NCBI GenBank assembly: GCA_000146465.1
Contig: CP001942.1
DNA: 64,000 nt
Strand: one strand, 5' to 3'
Of this stretch, positions 42,174-52,043 are shown piece after piece. The notes beneath the pieces were generated by a model. The model was not told the DNA's origin. It did no database searches and worked only from the letters and a program-made list of their open reading frames with translations. Every line of letters starts with the position of its first letter. The stretch's first letter is position 1. Both the position numbers and the translations under genes were made by a program.

Positions 42174-43004
42174 TTACATTTTATTTTCACAGAGGTCTTC
42201 AGATATATTCAAGTGAATGTCATTCCATAACTCCTCGTCCTTAAGGATGTTACCATGTCCGTGGTCGCTAAGCTTGATCTTAGCTCCATACTTCTTCGAC
42301 AATGTAACAGAGTGGTGATAGGGAACAACATCATCTTTCATCCCGTGGTACAGAAATAGATCCCTTCCCTTCGCACTCTCTATGTTTTTCACCGTGTCAT
42401 ATCCAATCTCTTTCAAAACTCTTTCCTTTATCCAAGGAACCAGAAAATTGATTGTCCTGAAAATAACATTCTCCATACCTACATCAATAATAGATGTAAA
42501 AGCAGAGATCATAAACATCTTTCGAGGATGATACTTTGCCTCTATATTGTTTTTCGTTATGTATCTGTAATACTCAGCCATTATTCCAGTCCCCAATGAG
42601 TGTCCAATCATATGAATCTCTTGGGCATCAAATCTTGATGTGAGATACTCAAAGCATGCCATAATATCCAAATTAACCATATCAATCTTAAACTCTCCCT
42701 CAGAGTCTGCAAACCCACGATAGTCTGGGACAAGAACACAATATCCCAAGTTCACTAGAGTATGGATCTTGGAATTTGATACATAGTCCTCTCGGGAGCA
42801 TCCCTTTCCATGAAGAGCAACAATGAACTTTTTTGGATCTTTATGGCACTCCGGCTCCAGCAGATAGGCTCCGATTTTCTTGTTGTCTTGGGTGGTTATG
42901 TAAACATTATACTTCAAATGCTTATGATGGTCTCGAAAGTTCTTTCTTGAGTCGTTTATATTTAGAATCATTCTCTTCACAGCCGATATCATTTCCAGCC
43001 CCAA
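42174..43004 (-). CDS. Alpha/beta-hydrolase fold protein (serine hydrolase; BEM46/ABHD-like)
   Basis: 276 aa. Nucleophile elbow GHSLGTG, flanked by the typical beta-strand/helix pattern. Confidence 0.65.
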   Translation of the reverse strand: MGLEMISAVKRMILNINDSRKNFRDHHKHLKYNVYITTQDNKKIGAYLLEPECHKDPKKFIVALHGKGCSREDYVSNSKIHTLVNLGYCVLVPDYRGFADSEGEFKIDMVNLDIMACFEYLTSRFDAQEIHMIGHSLGTGIMAEYYRYITKNNIEAKYHPRKMFMISAFTSIIDVGMENVIFRTINFLVPWIKERVLKEIGYDTVKNIESAKGRDLFLYHGMKDDVVPYHHSVTLSKKYGAKIKLSDHGHGNILKDEELWNDIHLNISEDLCENKM

Positions 43005-43037
43005 GACGTAAACAAGTATTTTTCTCCTGTAAAGTCT

Positions 43038-43481
43038 TTGAAAACAGGCCCAACTCTAGTCCCTGAAATGGCATCGGGAGAGAACTTGGCGCCACGAGAT
43101 GCAAAGGTCATCTCGGTTATCCTTAGATCCTTGGGAATAGAAGAATGCGAGCCAAAGGTTATCATACAGCTGCTGGAATTTGCCTACAAATACACCACAG
43201 ACGTTCTGGAGGATGCACTATTGTTTGCAAAGCATGCAGGAAGGACACATATCAGTACAAGTGATGTCAAGCTTGCATTGCAAACAAAGGTTGGAAGGCA
43301 CTTCGTCCCTCCGCCTCCAAGACAGTATCTGTCAGACATAGCTTCAATGGTTAACTCAAAACCGCTTTCGGTTCCAGATGGGGAAAATCTCATTAGGGTT
43401 CCCCCCTCGTCCTCAGCACTACTAAACCTCGACTATGAAGTCCTTAGAAAAGACGGCGATAAGAAAAGAAGGATTTACTAA
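43038..43481 (+). CDS. TAF9: TFIID subunit TAF9 (histone-fold, H3-like)
   Basis: 147 aa. PRDAKVISVILRSLGIEECEPKVIIQLLEFAYKYTTDVLEDALLFAKHAGRTHISTSDVKLAL is collinear with the TAF9 histone-fold consensus ([51 protein letters not shown]...DVRLAI). Confidence 0.85.
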   Translation: MKTGPTLVPEMASGENLAPRDAKVISVILRSLGIEECEPKVIIQLLEFAYKYTTDVLEDALLFAKHAGRTHISTSDVKLALQTKVGRHFVPPPPRQYLSDIASMVNSKPLSVPDGENLIRVPPSSSALLNLDYEVLRKDGDKKRRIY

Positions 43482-43545
43482 GAATCTTATAAAAACACAT
43501 CTAATTAAACTTTTCTTCCAGGGAAATTTTTTATATATATCATCT

Positions 43546-44649
43546 TTATTCCATAAACATACTGTATAGAAGCTCTTTTGTAGATTTTTGATTATTCTCA
43601 AGTAGATCAATATATGTCTTGACTACAGGCTTATCTATTCTTAGAGACAGATCGTCGTCCTCTATGTTCCTAAATACAAATATGAGCTTGGATATTTCGT
43701 CCTCTTGAAGCTTATCGAGTATCTGCAGCTTCTGCCGTGCCTTTGGATCTCCTTTCAAGTAGATCTCTAGTATCTTTGTCCTTTCCTCAAAGGCTCGATC
43801 TATTTTCTCCTTAAAAGGGCTGTCCTTCCTCTCCAGGCAGCTATAGAGAAAGTCCAACACCTGGGATCTTTTCTCCGTGGATGTCTTCAAATGAATCTTA
43901 GATACAAGGTCTTCCACCGGAGCAAGGAGCCTTGGAACTGTTCTATTAATCATCTCCGACACATTTGGAACACTCAACCTTCGGAATAAATCTGCGAGAA
44001 TCCCTGGAGAAAATATAGATCCCCCAATGCTGAGACTAACTCTAGAGTCAAGGACAAATGATTTGGGGATCTCGGTTCTTTCGCCATAAAATTCTGCCAT
44101 CTCTCTGTTGATTGCCTTGTACATTCCATCTTCTTCATATTTGGCACTAATAAGCCTTTTCATCATTTGAAGATACTCTTTATCTTTATTCTCATAGTAC
44201 AATCTTGGAAGATGTCCATTCGTCCTGGAGTGGAGTGATTTGTACTTCTTTGCAGACAGATTTCTCCCTATCAATGATCTATCGTTTGCAAAGTACTTGT
44301 TCCGAAGCTCCAATGCATCCTTTAGCTTTTTCTCTACCCCGTCAACCTCTTCTAGATAATTATTGAACTTATCGAAGACCGAGGGATTTTCGAGTAGAAG
44401 TTCCTCGGCAGTAAACACTGTTTTCTTTATAAACTCTTCTAGAGACTCCTCAGTAAATTGGTTCATCTCAAAGATAAATACCATGGAATCTACAGATATA
44501 AAGCTCTCATACAGAATCTCCCTATTCAAATTTATTGGAATGGAAATCTGGCCATTCCCAGGATCATCGTGGCTACGTTTATCCCTTCCTGCTTCATCTC
44601 TAGAAATACCCGCAACTAATGCATTAAGGAATAACTTCAAGACACTCAT
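43546..44649 (-). CDS. Hypothetical protein
   Basis: 367 aa. A long uninterrupted ORF tightly packed between TAF9 and ICMT. I could not recognise any diagnostic motif. Confidence 0.3.
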   Translation of the reverse strand: MSVLKLFLNALVAGISRDEAGRDKRSHDDPGNGQISIPINLNREILYESFISVDSMVFIFEMNQFTEESLEEFIKKTVFTAEELLLENPSVFDKFNNYLEEVDGVEKKLKDALELRNKYFANDRSLIGRNLSAKKYKSLHSRTNGHLPRLYYENKDKEYLQMMKRLISAKYEEDGMYKAINREMAEFYGERTEIPKSFVLDSRVSLSIGGSIFSPGILADLFRRLSVPNVSEMINRTVPRLLAPVEDLVSKIHLKTSTEKRSQVLDFLYSCLERKDSPFKEKIDRAFEERTKILEIYLKGDPKARQKLQILDKLQEDEISKLIFVFRNIEDDDLSLRIDKPVVKTYIDLLENNQKSTKELLYSMFME

Positions 44650-44722
44650 TGTTTTATTAATTTTGCTTTCTTAAATAACAAACGTTTCAAATCTGGTTTA
44701 TTTAAAAGGATATCTATTAACA

Positions 44723-45313
44723 TCATTTGTACATTGGAATTCCAGACCAGACTATCTTTCTGTACTCTGTGTACTCTGGAGAAGCTGAAATCAGTTCTCT
44801 TTCATATTCCTTTATCCGTGGAATGATCCAGCTGCTTACAAACCAGAGAAATATTGCAAGAGAAATAAAGCAAGAAAGGTAGATACAACAAGATATCCAG
44901 TGCAAAATTAGAGATGAATATAGCGGATGTCTAACATATCTGTATGGCCCATTTCTTTGTATTTTTTTTCTTTCAGACTTGTTCTCACCAACATATCCCA
45001 GAGTGATGTGAAAAAATGCAATCGAAAGGACTAGTCCGCATGCTGCCATGATCTTAAAGACTCGAGCCCCGAGGTATCCTGTAGACCTTGAAACAAAAAG
45101 ACTTTCAAGGAATAGACTTCCAAAGAGGAGAACAAGGTCACTATGCCTGAGAATCTTTGTCTCAAGATTGATTCTTCGGGCCTTTTCCCGGGAGTACATA
45201 AAGACTAGAAGCGATATCGATGAGACTATGTGAAGAGACAAATAGCTCCCGGAATGGGAAATCCCAAGCATAAATAAAGACCCAAGAGCAAAGTAAAATG
45301 ATGGACATTCCAT
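44723..45313 (-). CDS. STE14: Protein-S-isoprenylcysteine O-methyltransferase (ICMT/Ste14)
   Basis: 196 aa. Multi-TM protein. The C-terminal block GPYRYVRHPLYSSLILHWISCC matches the ICMT signature. Confidence 0.8.
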   Translation of the reverse strand: MECPSFYFALGSLFMLGISHSGSYLSLHIVSSISLLVFMYSREKARRINLETKILRHSDLVLLFGSLFLESLFVSRSTGYLGARVFKIMAACGLVLSIAFFHITLGYVGENKSERKKIQRNGPYRYVRHPLYSSLILHWISCCIYLSCFISLAIFLWFVSSWIIPRIKEYERELISASPEYTEYRKIVWSGIPMYK

Positions 45314-45517
45314 TTAGGGGTTTTATCTATCCTGTTTCTAAACATAGAAGAAAAAAGACCAATTAAGAAAACCGTAGCAGCAGATATTTTCGTAAATATC
45401 TCAAGGCTATCTACAAAAAACTTGGGATTCGGTTGGTTTTTAAAAACAGAAAAAGAATTTCTTCCCGGGAGAAATGTATAGAGCTTATCGTGCAGAAAAA
45501 CACTCCCTTGTTGTGTA

Positions 45518-46060
45518 ATGGCTAGGGATTTTAAAAACAGGAGAACACAAAGATCAACCGAAACAATGGAGCTTGGAAAGGTATTGTACATGTGCCAAGG
45601 GCAGCTTGTGATAAAACTAACAGCAAAGGATATTCCATATCCAAACTCTCCAGTCTTGAATTCGTCCTCCAAAATCATAGGAAAGGTGGACGAAATCTTA
45701 GGAAGAATAGACGATGTTCATGCAACTATCAAGATGGAGAACCCGTGCAATTCTGGCAACGAAGGAGAGACAGTGTTTTGCTATGCAGACAAACTTATTC
45801 CTAAAAAGAGATTTCTACCAAGAGAAGAGGTTGAAAAGAAAAAAGAGGAAATGGATCGCACGAAACCGAAAAGGAGCCAGGGATTGGAAAAGAACAAGCC
45901 CAGGACTTTCAGAGACAGGCCAAGCCTTCACAACAAGAAGCCTGGAAGCAATTGGGGAGGAAAGCAAAGCGGCTGGAACAAGAGCGGAAGAAAAGGAAAT
46001 TTCGAGAAGAATGCCAGAAGTAAGAAGCCGGATTCTAATAAGAGCAAGCGTGGGGATTAA
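45518..46060 (+). CDS. GAR1: H/ACA snoRNP protein Gar1
   Basis: 180 aa. LGKVLYMCQGQLVIKLTAKDIPYPNSPVLNSSSKIIGKVDEILGRIDDVHATIKM is collinear with the Gar1 core. A basic K/G/R-rich tail follows. Confidence 0.85.
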   Translation: MARDFKNRRTQRSTETMELGKVLYMCQGQLVIKLTAKDIPYPNSPVLNSSSKIIGKVDEILGRIDDVHATIKMENPCNSGNEGETVFCYADKLIPKKRFLPREEVEKKKEEMDRTKPKRSQGLEKNKPRTFRDRPSLHNKKPGSNWGGKQSGWNKSGRKGNFEKNARSKKPDSNKSKRGD

Positions 46061-46100
46061 AGCATTTTATTAGATGTACATCAAAGTGTCCTGGGCACAT

Positions 46101-47228
46101 CTAAGAGGAATTTATTTCTTCGTCCCTGTGATTATCTACCATCTCCAGCAGTTTTGACTCGTAATATTTTCTTTTTTCTATCAGTCTCTGCCTTAGCTCT
46201 GCAATAGTCTTTTCGTCTTCTTTGATCTTCTTTTGTATTTCCCTTGTTAGCTTCTTGTCATCCTCCCCAAGAATCTCCGGTTTGTTTGCTATTGACCTGC
46301 CAATCTCTTTAGTCTTGTAGTCGTCATAAAACGTCTCTGTTGCTTCTACAAGCTTTATGAGATTCTTTGCTATCAGAGAGTCAACCAGAAGGTAAAAATC
46401 ATTGCTTCCCACTTTTTCAGGAACCATTGTTCCCCATGGATATTCTCTGTTGTGCCCTGGGGTGTCTTCGTGGTCAACGTTCTTTGCAATGACAAAAAAA
46501 GGATATTCCGATTTACCGATTCTCTCTCTGTCTGGCACATCTAGGTAAAAAACATCGATGTTTTCTGCAGATATAGCCTCTGCAATCCTGTCGCTGCATT
46601 CCTGTCTTTCCAAGTCGCTCAGAAGATCGCTCTTCCCAACCACTGGAATTAAGTTGCAAATCTTCGATATCTCCTTCATGGTCTTTATGTCCACAAGCTT
46701 CACATGAGATGGATTGGGTTCCAAGAAGTAAAGGCAGATATGGATTCTTTTATCCTTGATCAATGGCCTGACATTCTTCCTCTCTTGCTCTAGGTAGTCT
46801 TTGAAGTTATTCTGAATCAACTCCACAACAGGTACCCAGCATTCCTCGTTACAGACATTATCTCCCACTCCATCCACCTCGGCCACGGTAATTCTTGTTT
46901 GAAACTCATTTTCCATGACAAAGAACTTCGATATCTGAATATTAATCAAAGAGTTCCTGTGAAAATATCTATCTTCCTGCTCTTCGGCTCCATCTGTATC
47001 GGACACCCTAGTAATCTCATTACTCTGGTTTCCATCGTCCTCCTTCAAAAACGGATCGGAGGACAGAACGGGTTCACCTAGCATCTGATTGATGAAAGAT
47101 GATTTCCCCAAGCCGCTTGAGCCGATTATCATTATGTTGAAATCTATTCCTGCCTTGCAAAAGCTTCGATATTTTACATTTGGGAGGTTGGACACGCCTA
47201 TACCTTTCTGCGACATATAAACAAACAA
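46101..47228 (-). CDS. Septin (CDC3/10/11/12-type GTPase)
   Basis: 375 aa. G1 IMIIGSSGLGKSSFINQM, G3-like VDGVGDNV, G4 VVGKSD. There is a septin unique-element region and a C-terminal coiled coil. Confidence 0.8.
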   Translation of the reverse strand: MFVYMSQKGIGVSNLPNVKYRSFCKAGIDFNIMIIGSSGLGKSSFINQMLGEPVLSSDPFLKEDDGNQSNEITRVSDTDGAEEQEDRYFHRNSLINIQISKFFVMENEFQTRITVAEVDGVGDNVCNEECWVPVVELIQNNFKDYLEQERKNVRPLIKDKRIHICLYFLEPNPSHVKLVDIKTMKEISKICNLIPVVGKSDLLSDLERQECSDRIAEAISAENIDVFYLDVPDRERIGKSEYPFFVIAKNVDHEDTPGHNREYPWGTMVPEKVGSNDFYLLVDSLIAKNLIKLVEATETFYDDYKTKEIGRSIANKPEILGEDDKKLTREIQKKIKEDEKTIAELRQRLIEKRKYYESKLLEMVDNHRDEEINSS

Positions 47229-47320
47229 TTGTGAGATTCTTAAATATTATAAACAATGGAGAATCCTAAGGCATTTGAAACACGGTACTTTTATTAAACA
47301 CGTGTTATTTTTGATAGATA

Positions 47321-47590
47321 ATGGACGAAAAGCTTAAGGAAATGGTAAATGCAAGCAGCTTTGCAGAGAAAGAGTTAAAGTCAATACTTGGAGAAATAAC
47401 TTTGCAGAACGAAAAACTTGTGGATATCCAGCGCAAAATAGGAATTACTCGGACACATCTACTAAAGAACTCGAAGCTTGTTGGAGAGATACTCAAAATT
47501 ACAAAGCCTAGATTGGCCATAGCAGTAATAGTACTCTCGATGATGCTCATCGCATTAATATATATTAAGCTTATATTTCCACTAAAGTAG
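47321..47590 (+). CDS. Small tail-anchored protein, SNARE-like (Bet1/Sft1/Use1-type?)
   Basis: 89 aa. A 60-aa helical region with heptad character (LVDIQRKIGITRTHLLKNSKLVGEIL), then a single C-terminal TM (AIAVIVLSMMLIALIYIKLIF). Confidence 0.3.
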   Translation: MDEKLKEMVNASSFAEKELKSILGEITLQNEKLVDIQRKIGITRTHLLKNSKLVGEILKITKPRLAIAVIVLSMMLIALIYIKLIFPLK

Positions 47591-47651
47591 ACACTCCTGT
47601 TTGTTTTGCTCGAATTTTTTAATCTGATAGTGTTTATCATTCCCCAACTTT

Positions 47652-48947
47652 ATGGAGCATATTGACTGGAGTAATCCAGAGTTTTTCTTTAAAGATGGGA
47701 TAACAAGAGACTTCACAACAGTGGAGGAAGAGTTCCAAAAGATAAGATCCTGTAAATTCGAAAAAAGTCAGAGTATTCTGGTACCTAAAATTCTTTTGGT
47801 GATAAAGAACTCGAAGGAATATAAAGGAATGCATGTCAAAGCGGTAGTGGAGGAATCGATTTCCGGAAAAACAGCCATGGCAGAGATATATCCTGAAAGT
47901 TTTCTAATGGTCAAATGTGAGGAAGACATTTCCAATAACGAATCATTTTCCGTCCAAGTTGAGGTGTGGAGTTCAGAAGGAATGATTTCTGAAAAAAGCT
48001 TTAGGATCTTCAATCGTGAGGTGTTTTCCAAAGTGTCGGGTTCCCTTAGTATAACTTTTGAAGGAAGAAAAGAGGAAATTGAAATGGAGATTTATTCTAT
48101 CAAACCATCTCATAATGCAAGTGAAGCCTATGAAGACATGAAGATGATAGGACATCGAGGATGTGGAATGAATGGAATACCCTCAACAACCATGATGGAA
48201 AATACAATTTCCTCGATCCAAGAGGCATACAGAATGGGAGCAAAGTGGGTAGAGATTGATGTACAGCTTACAAAAGAAGGAATACCTATTGTATTTCATG
48301 ACTTTGTTATAGAGGCGGGTGGACTTTGTTTAGGGATAAATGAGATAACACTTCAAGAGTTTCTCCGCCTGGTGGGGAATCCAAACGAAGAAAGACAAGA
48401 TCTTCCCTGTACACTTTCAAGACTTTTAGAATGTGTTAGCGATAAAAATGGAATCAATATAGAAATTAAGTACCCCTTGCCATCCGAAAAAAGAAAGTAT
48501 AACCTAAAGGATCTAGATCCTGCAGAAAAGGTTGTTGAAAAAATAGTGGAAACAATACAGAAAAGCGGAAAGGAAAAAATAGTCTTTTCATCATTCCATC
48601 CATATATTCTTCTAATGTTGAAGCTGGTGCTTCCCAACTTTGGGGTTTACATGATAACTGAAACAAAAGATAAGGAGGAAAACCCATATACAAAGACCTT
48701 GTACGGTGCCCTATACTTCTGCACAAAACTGGGGCTTGATGGCATTGTCTTGGATTGGAACTGTATAGCAGAAAACCCAGCAGATATTATCAAGATTTTC
48801 AAGGAATTTGATCTCAAGACAATTGTGTACGGTGATTCTATTAATAATAGAAATATGATACGCATATTGAACGAGTTAGGAGTCTATGGAATAATAGTAG
48901 ATGATCTAAAATTAATCTTTTCAGCAGATAATAATGATCATTATTAA
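47652..48947 (+). CDS. Glycerophosphodiester phosphodiesterase (GDPD domain) with an N-terminal accessory domain
   Basis: 431 aa. GDPD catalytic blocks IGHRGCGMN (HRG motif) and VEIDVQLTKEGIPIVFHDF (E.D...T.DG..V..HD). Confidence 0.75.
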   Translation: MEHIDWSNPEFFFKDGITRDFTTVEEEFQKIRSCKFEKSQSILVPKILLVIKNSKEYKGMHVKAVVEESISGKTAMAEIYPESFLMVKCEEDISNNESFSVQVEVWSSEGMISEKSFRIFNREVFSKVSGSLSITFEGRKEEIEMEIYSIKPSHNASEAYEDMKMIGHRGCGMNGIPSTTMMENTISSIQEAYRMGAKWVEIDVQLTKEGIPIVFHDFVIEAGGLCLGINEITLQEFLRLVGNPNEERQDLPCTLSRLLECVSDKNGINIEIKYPLPSEKRKYNLKDLDPAEKVVEKIVETIQKSGKEKIVFSSFHPYILLMLKLVLPNFGVYMITETKDKEENPYTKTLYGALYFCTKLGLDGIVLDWNCIAENPADIIKIFKEFDLKTIVYGDSINNRNMIRILNELGVYGIIVDDLKLIFSADNNDHY

Positions 48948-48998
48948 AACTATCTTCTTTATTATTTGTTTGGAAATTGTGTCTTGCGTAAAGTCTGG

Positions 48999-51449
48999 TC
49001 ACTTATTTATCTCGTTAAGAAACTCTTCTAGTTCTCGCATTTTGATTTTGGTATGATCAAACATACCAAGGTTGTCTTCTTTTCCCTCACCATCAACCTT
49101 CCTAGTGTCTCCCCAAGTGAAATTGTCAAAGTGCCAGAAGGCATATGTGGGCAGAACAAAATTCCAGATAGGAATAGACAGCACATAAACAAAACACCAG
49201 AATATGTACTGTATCTCCATCGTTGTGATCAGTATCAATAAGGCAGGTAAGCCGAAAATTCCAACTAACATGATCAAAGGAACCCAGGCTGGCTCTATCA
49301 GGATGGATACAGTAATCATGATAAACGTGAAAATTATCGCTGCCGGGAGTACTAATGTTCCAAATAGCTCCATCACCACAACAAGTTGCATCGAAAAGCA
49401 AAAGGCCCCACAAAGATTGTTAACCTGGACAAGCTCAAATAGATTATGTATAGTTGAGTTAATCCATCTTCTCCTTTGGCTGAGAAGGACACTAAACTCC
49501 CCAGGGACATACGTTTCGCATTTGGCTGCAGGAATAAACACAAGTTTTCTTCTATAAAAGTTTTTCAGCAACAGAGTCGTTAAATACCTATCTTCTCCCA
49601 GGTGCAAAAGATTTTTTTGATGCAAGGTCTTTGCTTCAAGAACAGAATAAGCATTTATGATTGCTGGATTTGCAAGAATCGGAAGGCAAAAACTCTTTTC
49701 TAAGGACGAATTCAGAATAGACTTCACATTGTTCAGCCTTGGGGCGTTCGTTTGAGACTTAGACGGCCCAGAAAGCAATCTCCCTTGCTGGTTTGTAACA
49801 ATCTTAATTCTATACATGCAAAAGCATCCAGGAAGGCATGTAACACCACCAAATACAGACTCAAAAGCCTTATTAAGGTGGTGACTGATGTAATATTCAA
49901 AAACCTGTATCATGGTAACCCAGCTCTCGAATTTGTTCAAAATCATGGTCTCCCCGCATATTCCAATAACCTTTTGATCAGTTTCAAAAACATTCACCAT
50001 AATAGACAAAGCATCCGGTTTAACTATTGTATCTGCATCAACCATCAGTATACATTCAAAGTCTTCCGGCTGCATATGCGGCATCAAAAACTTCATCTTC
50101 TGGTAAATTTCAAAATCTAGCTCCGTCATCCTGTCTCCATAAATTAATTTTGAAAAGAAGGACATCAGAATCACCTGACTGTCTCTTTTTCCTCTGTTCC
50201 CAGCCTTAAATGTTTCTTCGGGATTTCCACATTTATTGATTATGAGGATCCTTGTCTTATAGTTCTTGACCTCCGTAGAATCTTCCTGTCTTCCAAAGCA
50301 AGGCCAACATCTGTATTGTTTTCTCTTTTTTTCTTCACTTACATGGTAGTATCCTCCATATACCTTGGCTCGGTTGTAGCGCTTGGCTCCGTCCGTAAGA
50401 GATATGTAACCTTTGGGCTCTGCATTTCTATTTACATCACACAGCCCTAAAACTATATCGGGAGTACTCAAATCGTTTCCAGACCCAGTTATTTCTCCGT
50501 CGCATATCACCACAATCAACTTATAGTCATATCCATAATCTTGTTTGCAGAGACTGTCTAGAGTGTTTTTTATACCATCCCTTCCTTCGCTGTAGCATGT
50601 TACCAGCAGTATACAGGGAGTTACATTTGGACTAGGTCTTGGTTTCCTCTTCACATACCAAGAGTAGAAAAATCCTAGGGAGAACTTTGTAATTATCAGT
50701 CCAAAGATGGAGACAGTTGTGATCCAGAATACTGTGTCGGCAAGAAGGCATCCCGGTGTTTTTGTAGCAATCTTCCCTGCATAAAACATGTCTTGATAGC
50801 ACTTCCATTCGTCCATATCGAAATCAGGTTTTCCTTCCGTCCCTGCATACTTACGGTTAAATTCTTCAAATAAAGGCTCAGAACAATGTGATGGGTCGTA
50901 AACTTTGTTGTTGACAACTACCATTCCCTTCTTCATTATATCCCCCCACTCCCAATAGATATCGTTTATTCTCTCTAGGTCTTCGATATCCTCTGAACCG
51001 CTGGGAAGCTGTCTTCCAAATGCAAGCTTGCATGCATCACTCTCTTTTTCAAACACATGTGTGTAGTTCTCCCCAATTGTATATTCGTCATCTGTATAAT
51101 AGAGCCCTCCATTTGCTATTACAATGTTTCTGTTAAATCCATCCACCTTAAGTTTTGATGCAACATATTGTGTATTTCCTCTGCAAACAATAGTGTTCAT
51201 TCCATAGGTCATAAAGGCTAATACGATCCAACAGAAAAATATACAAATGCATAAAGCTACCTTTTCTCTCCATGCATGTTGAATCTCCGGCGTTGTCATT
51301 CCAAAGCATCTCAACATAAAATTCGGAATTAAACATGTTAGAAATATAGTCATCTTATACCACCATCCTTTGTTTTCCGATGTACTTTTGGGAGGCCTTT
51401 GAAGCCTTGTTCTGGACGGATTTCTTAGTATCTCCCCCTGCGATAGCAT
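48999..51449 (-). CDS. CHS: Chitin synthase (GT2; multi-TM)
   Basis: 816 aa. Catalytic signatures LGEDRYLTTLLL (EDR) and LLSQRRRWINSTIHN (QRRRW). Multiple TM helices at both ends. Confidence 0.95.
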   Translation of the reverse strand: MLSQGEILRNPSRTRLQRPPKSTSENKGWWYKMTIFLTCLIPNFMLRCFGMTTPEIQHAWREKVALCICIFFCWIVLAFMTYGMNTIVCRGNTQYVASKLKVDGFNRNIVIANGGLYYTDDEYTIGENYTHVFEKESDACKLAFGRQLPSGSEDIEDLERINDIYWEWGDIMKKGMVVVNNKVYDPSHCSEPLFEEFNRKYAGTEGKPDFDMDEWKCYQDMFYAGKIATKTPGCLLADTVFWITTVSIFGLIITKFSLGFFYSWYVKRKPRPSPNVTPCILLVTCYSEGRDGIKNTLDSLCKQDYGYDYKLIVVICDGEITGSGNDLSTPDIVLGLCDVNRNAEPKGYISLTDGAKRYNRAKVYGGYYHVSEEKKRKQYRCWPCFGRQEDSTEVKNYKTRILIINKCGNPEETFKAGNRGKRDSQVILMSFFSKLIYGDRMTELDFEIYQKMKFLMPHMQPEDFECILMVDADTIVKPDALSIMVNVFETDQKVIGICGETMILNKFESWVTMIQVFEYYISHHLNKAFESVFGGVTCLPGCFCMYRIKIVTNQQGRLLSGPSKSQTNAPRLNNVKSILNSSLEKSFCLPILANPAIINAYSVLEAKTLHQKNLLHLGEDRYLTTLLLKNFYRRKLVFIPAAKCETYVPGEFSVLLSQRRRWINSTIHNLFELVQVNNLCGAFCFSMQLVVVMELFGTLVLPAAIIFTFIMITVSILIEPAWVPLIMLVGIFGLPALLILITTMEIQYIFWCFVYVLSIPIWNFVLPTYAFWHFDNFTWGDTRKVDGEGKEDNLGMFDHTKIKMRELEEFLNEINK

Positions 51450-51509
51450 TTGTTTGTGTAAGGTAGATTCAATATAAATTTCACTTTAATTAATTTGAAA
51501 AAGAGGCTT

Positions 51510-52043
51510 TCAGGGAGACTTCAAAAAATAGAAGGCTGAGTTGACATAGAGCTCGTAGAGGATGTCAAAGATGTCCAGGTCCTGGGTGTCTGTCTCAGAA
51601 AACCCAAGCACAGCACACCTCAGGTCTCCCTTCCACCGCACCCCGCTCCTCTCCACATCTCTCCTCCCAAGATATGCCTTCTTCGTCAGCGCAGTGTTCT
51701 GCACAAACTCGTTCTCGTTGAGCTCCATGTGCACCCTGTATCCATATTCAGGGAGGTAGTCGACCTCGAGAGATCTCAGCCATCGCGTGTCTGGCCTGCC
51801 GAGTGCATCCACAGGGAGCAGTGCCGCCCCGGGCCTGTAGTTCGCAAGTGCGCGGGCCCAGTAGCACTCAACTGCCCTGCGGACAAGCCCGTCCTTCTTT
51901 CCAAGCAGAGGCTTGATGTTCCTGTGGTGCTCCAGCTTGCACTCAAAGTCCCTCCTTGCAAACGCCTCGTGCTCCCCGTCAATGTCGGACTGGATCTCGT
52001 CCAGAAGCCTACAGATCTCTGCATCCTGCATCCAGGGGGGCAT
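51510..52043 (-). CDS. Nucleosome-assembly-protein (NAP/SET)-family-like ORF, short and possibly truncated. It lies in the GC-rich block and its 5' end overlaps the ABC-transporter 3' end by about 35 bp.
   Basis: 177 aa. ECYWARALANYRPGAALLPVDALGRPDTRWLRSLEVDYLPEYGYRVHMELNENEFVQNTALTKKAYL mirrors the NAP core pattern (FWxTAxxNH ... YLxxIxV ... GFxLxFxFxxNxYFxNxxLTKxYxL). It is only about half the length of typical NAP proteins. Confidence 0.45.
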   Translation of the reverse strand: MPPWMQDAEICRLLDEIQSDIDGEHEAFARRDFECKLEHHRNIKPLLGKKDGLVRRAVECYWARALANYRPGAALLPVDALGRPDTRWLRSLEVDYLPEYGYRVHMELNENEFVQNTALTKKAYLGRRDVERSGVRWKGDLRCAVLGFSETDTQDLDIFDILYELYVNSAFYFLKSP

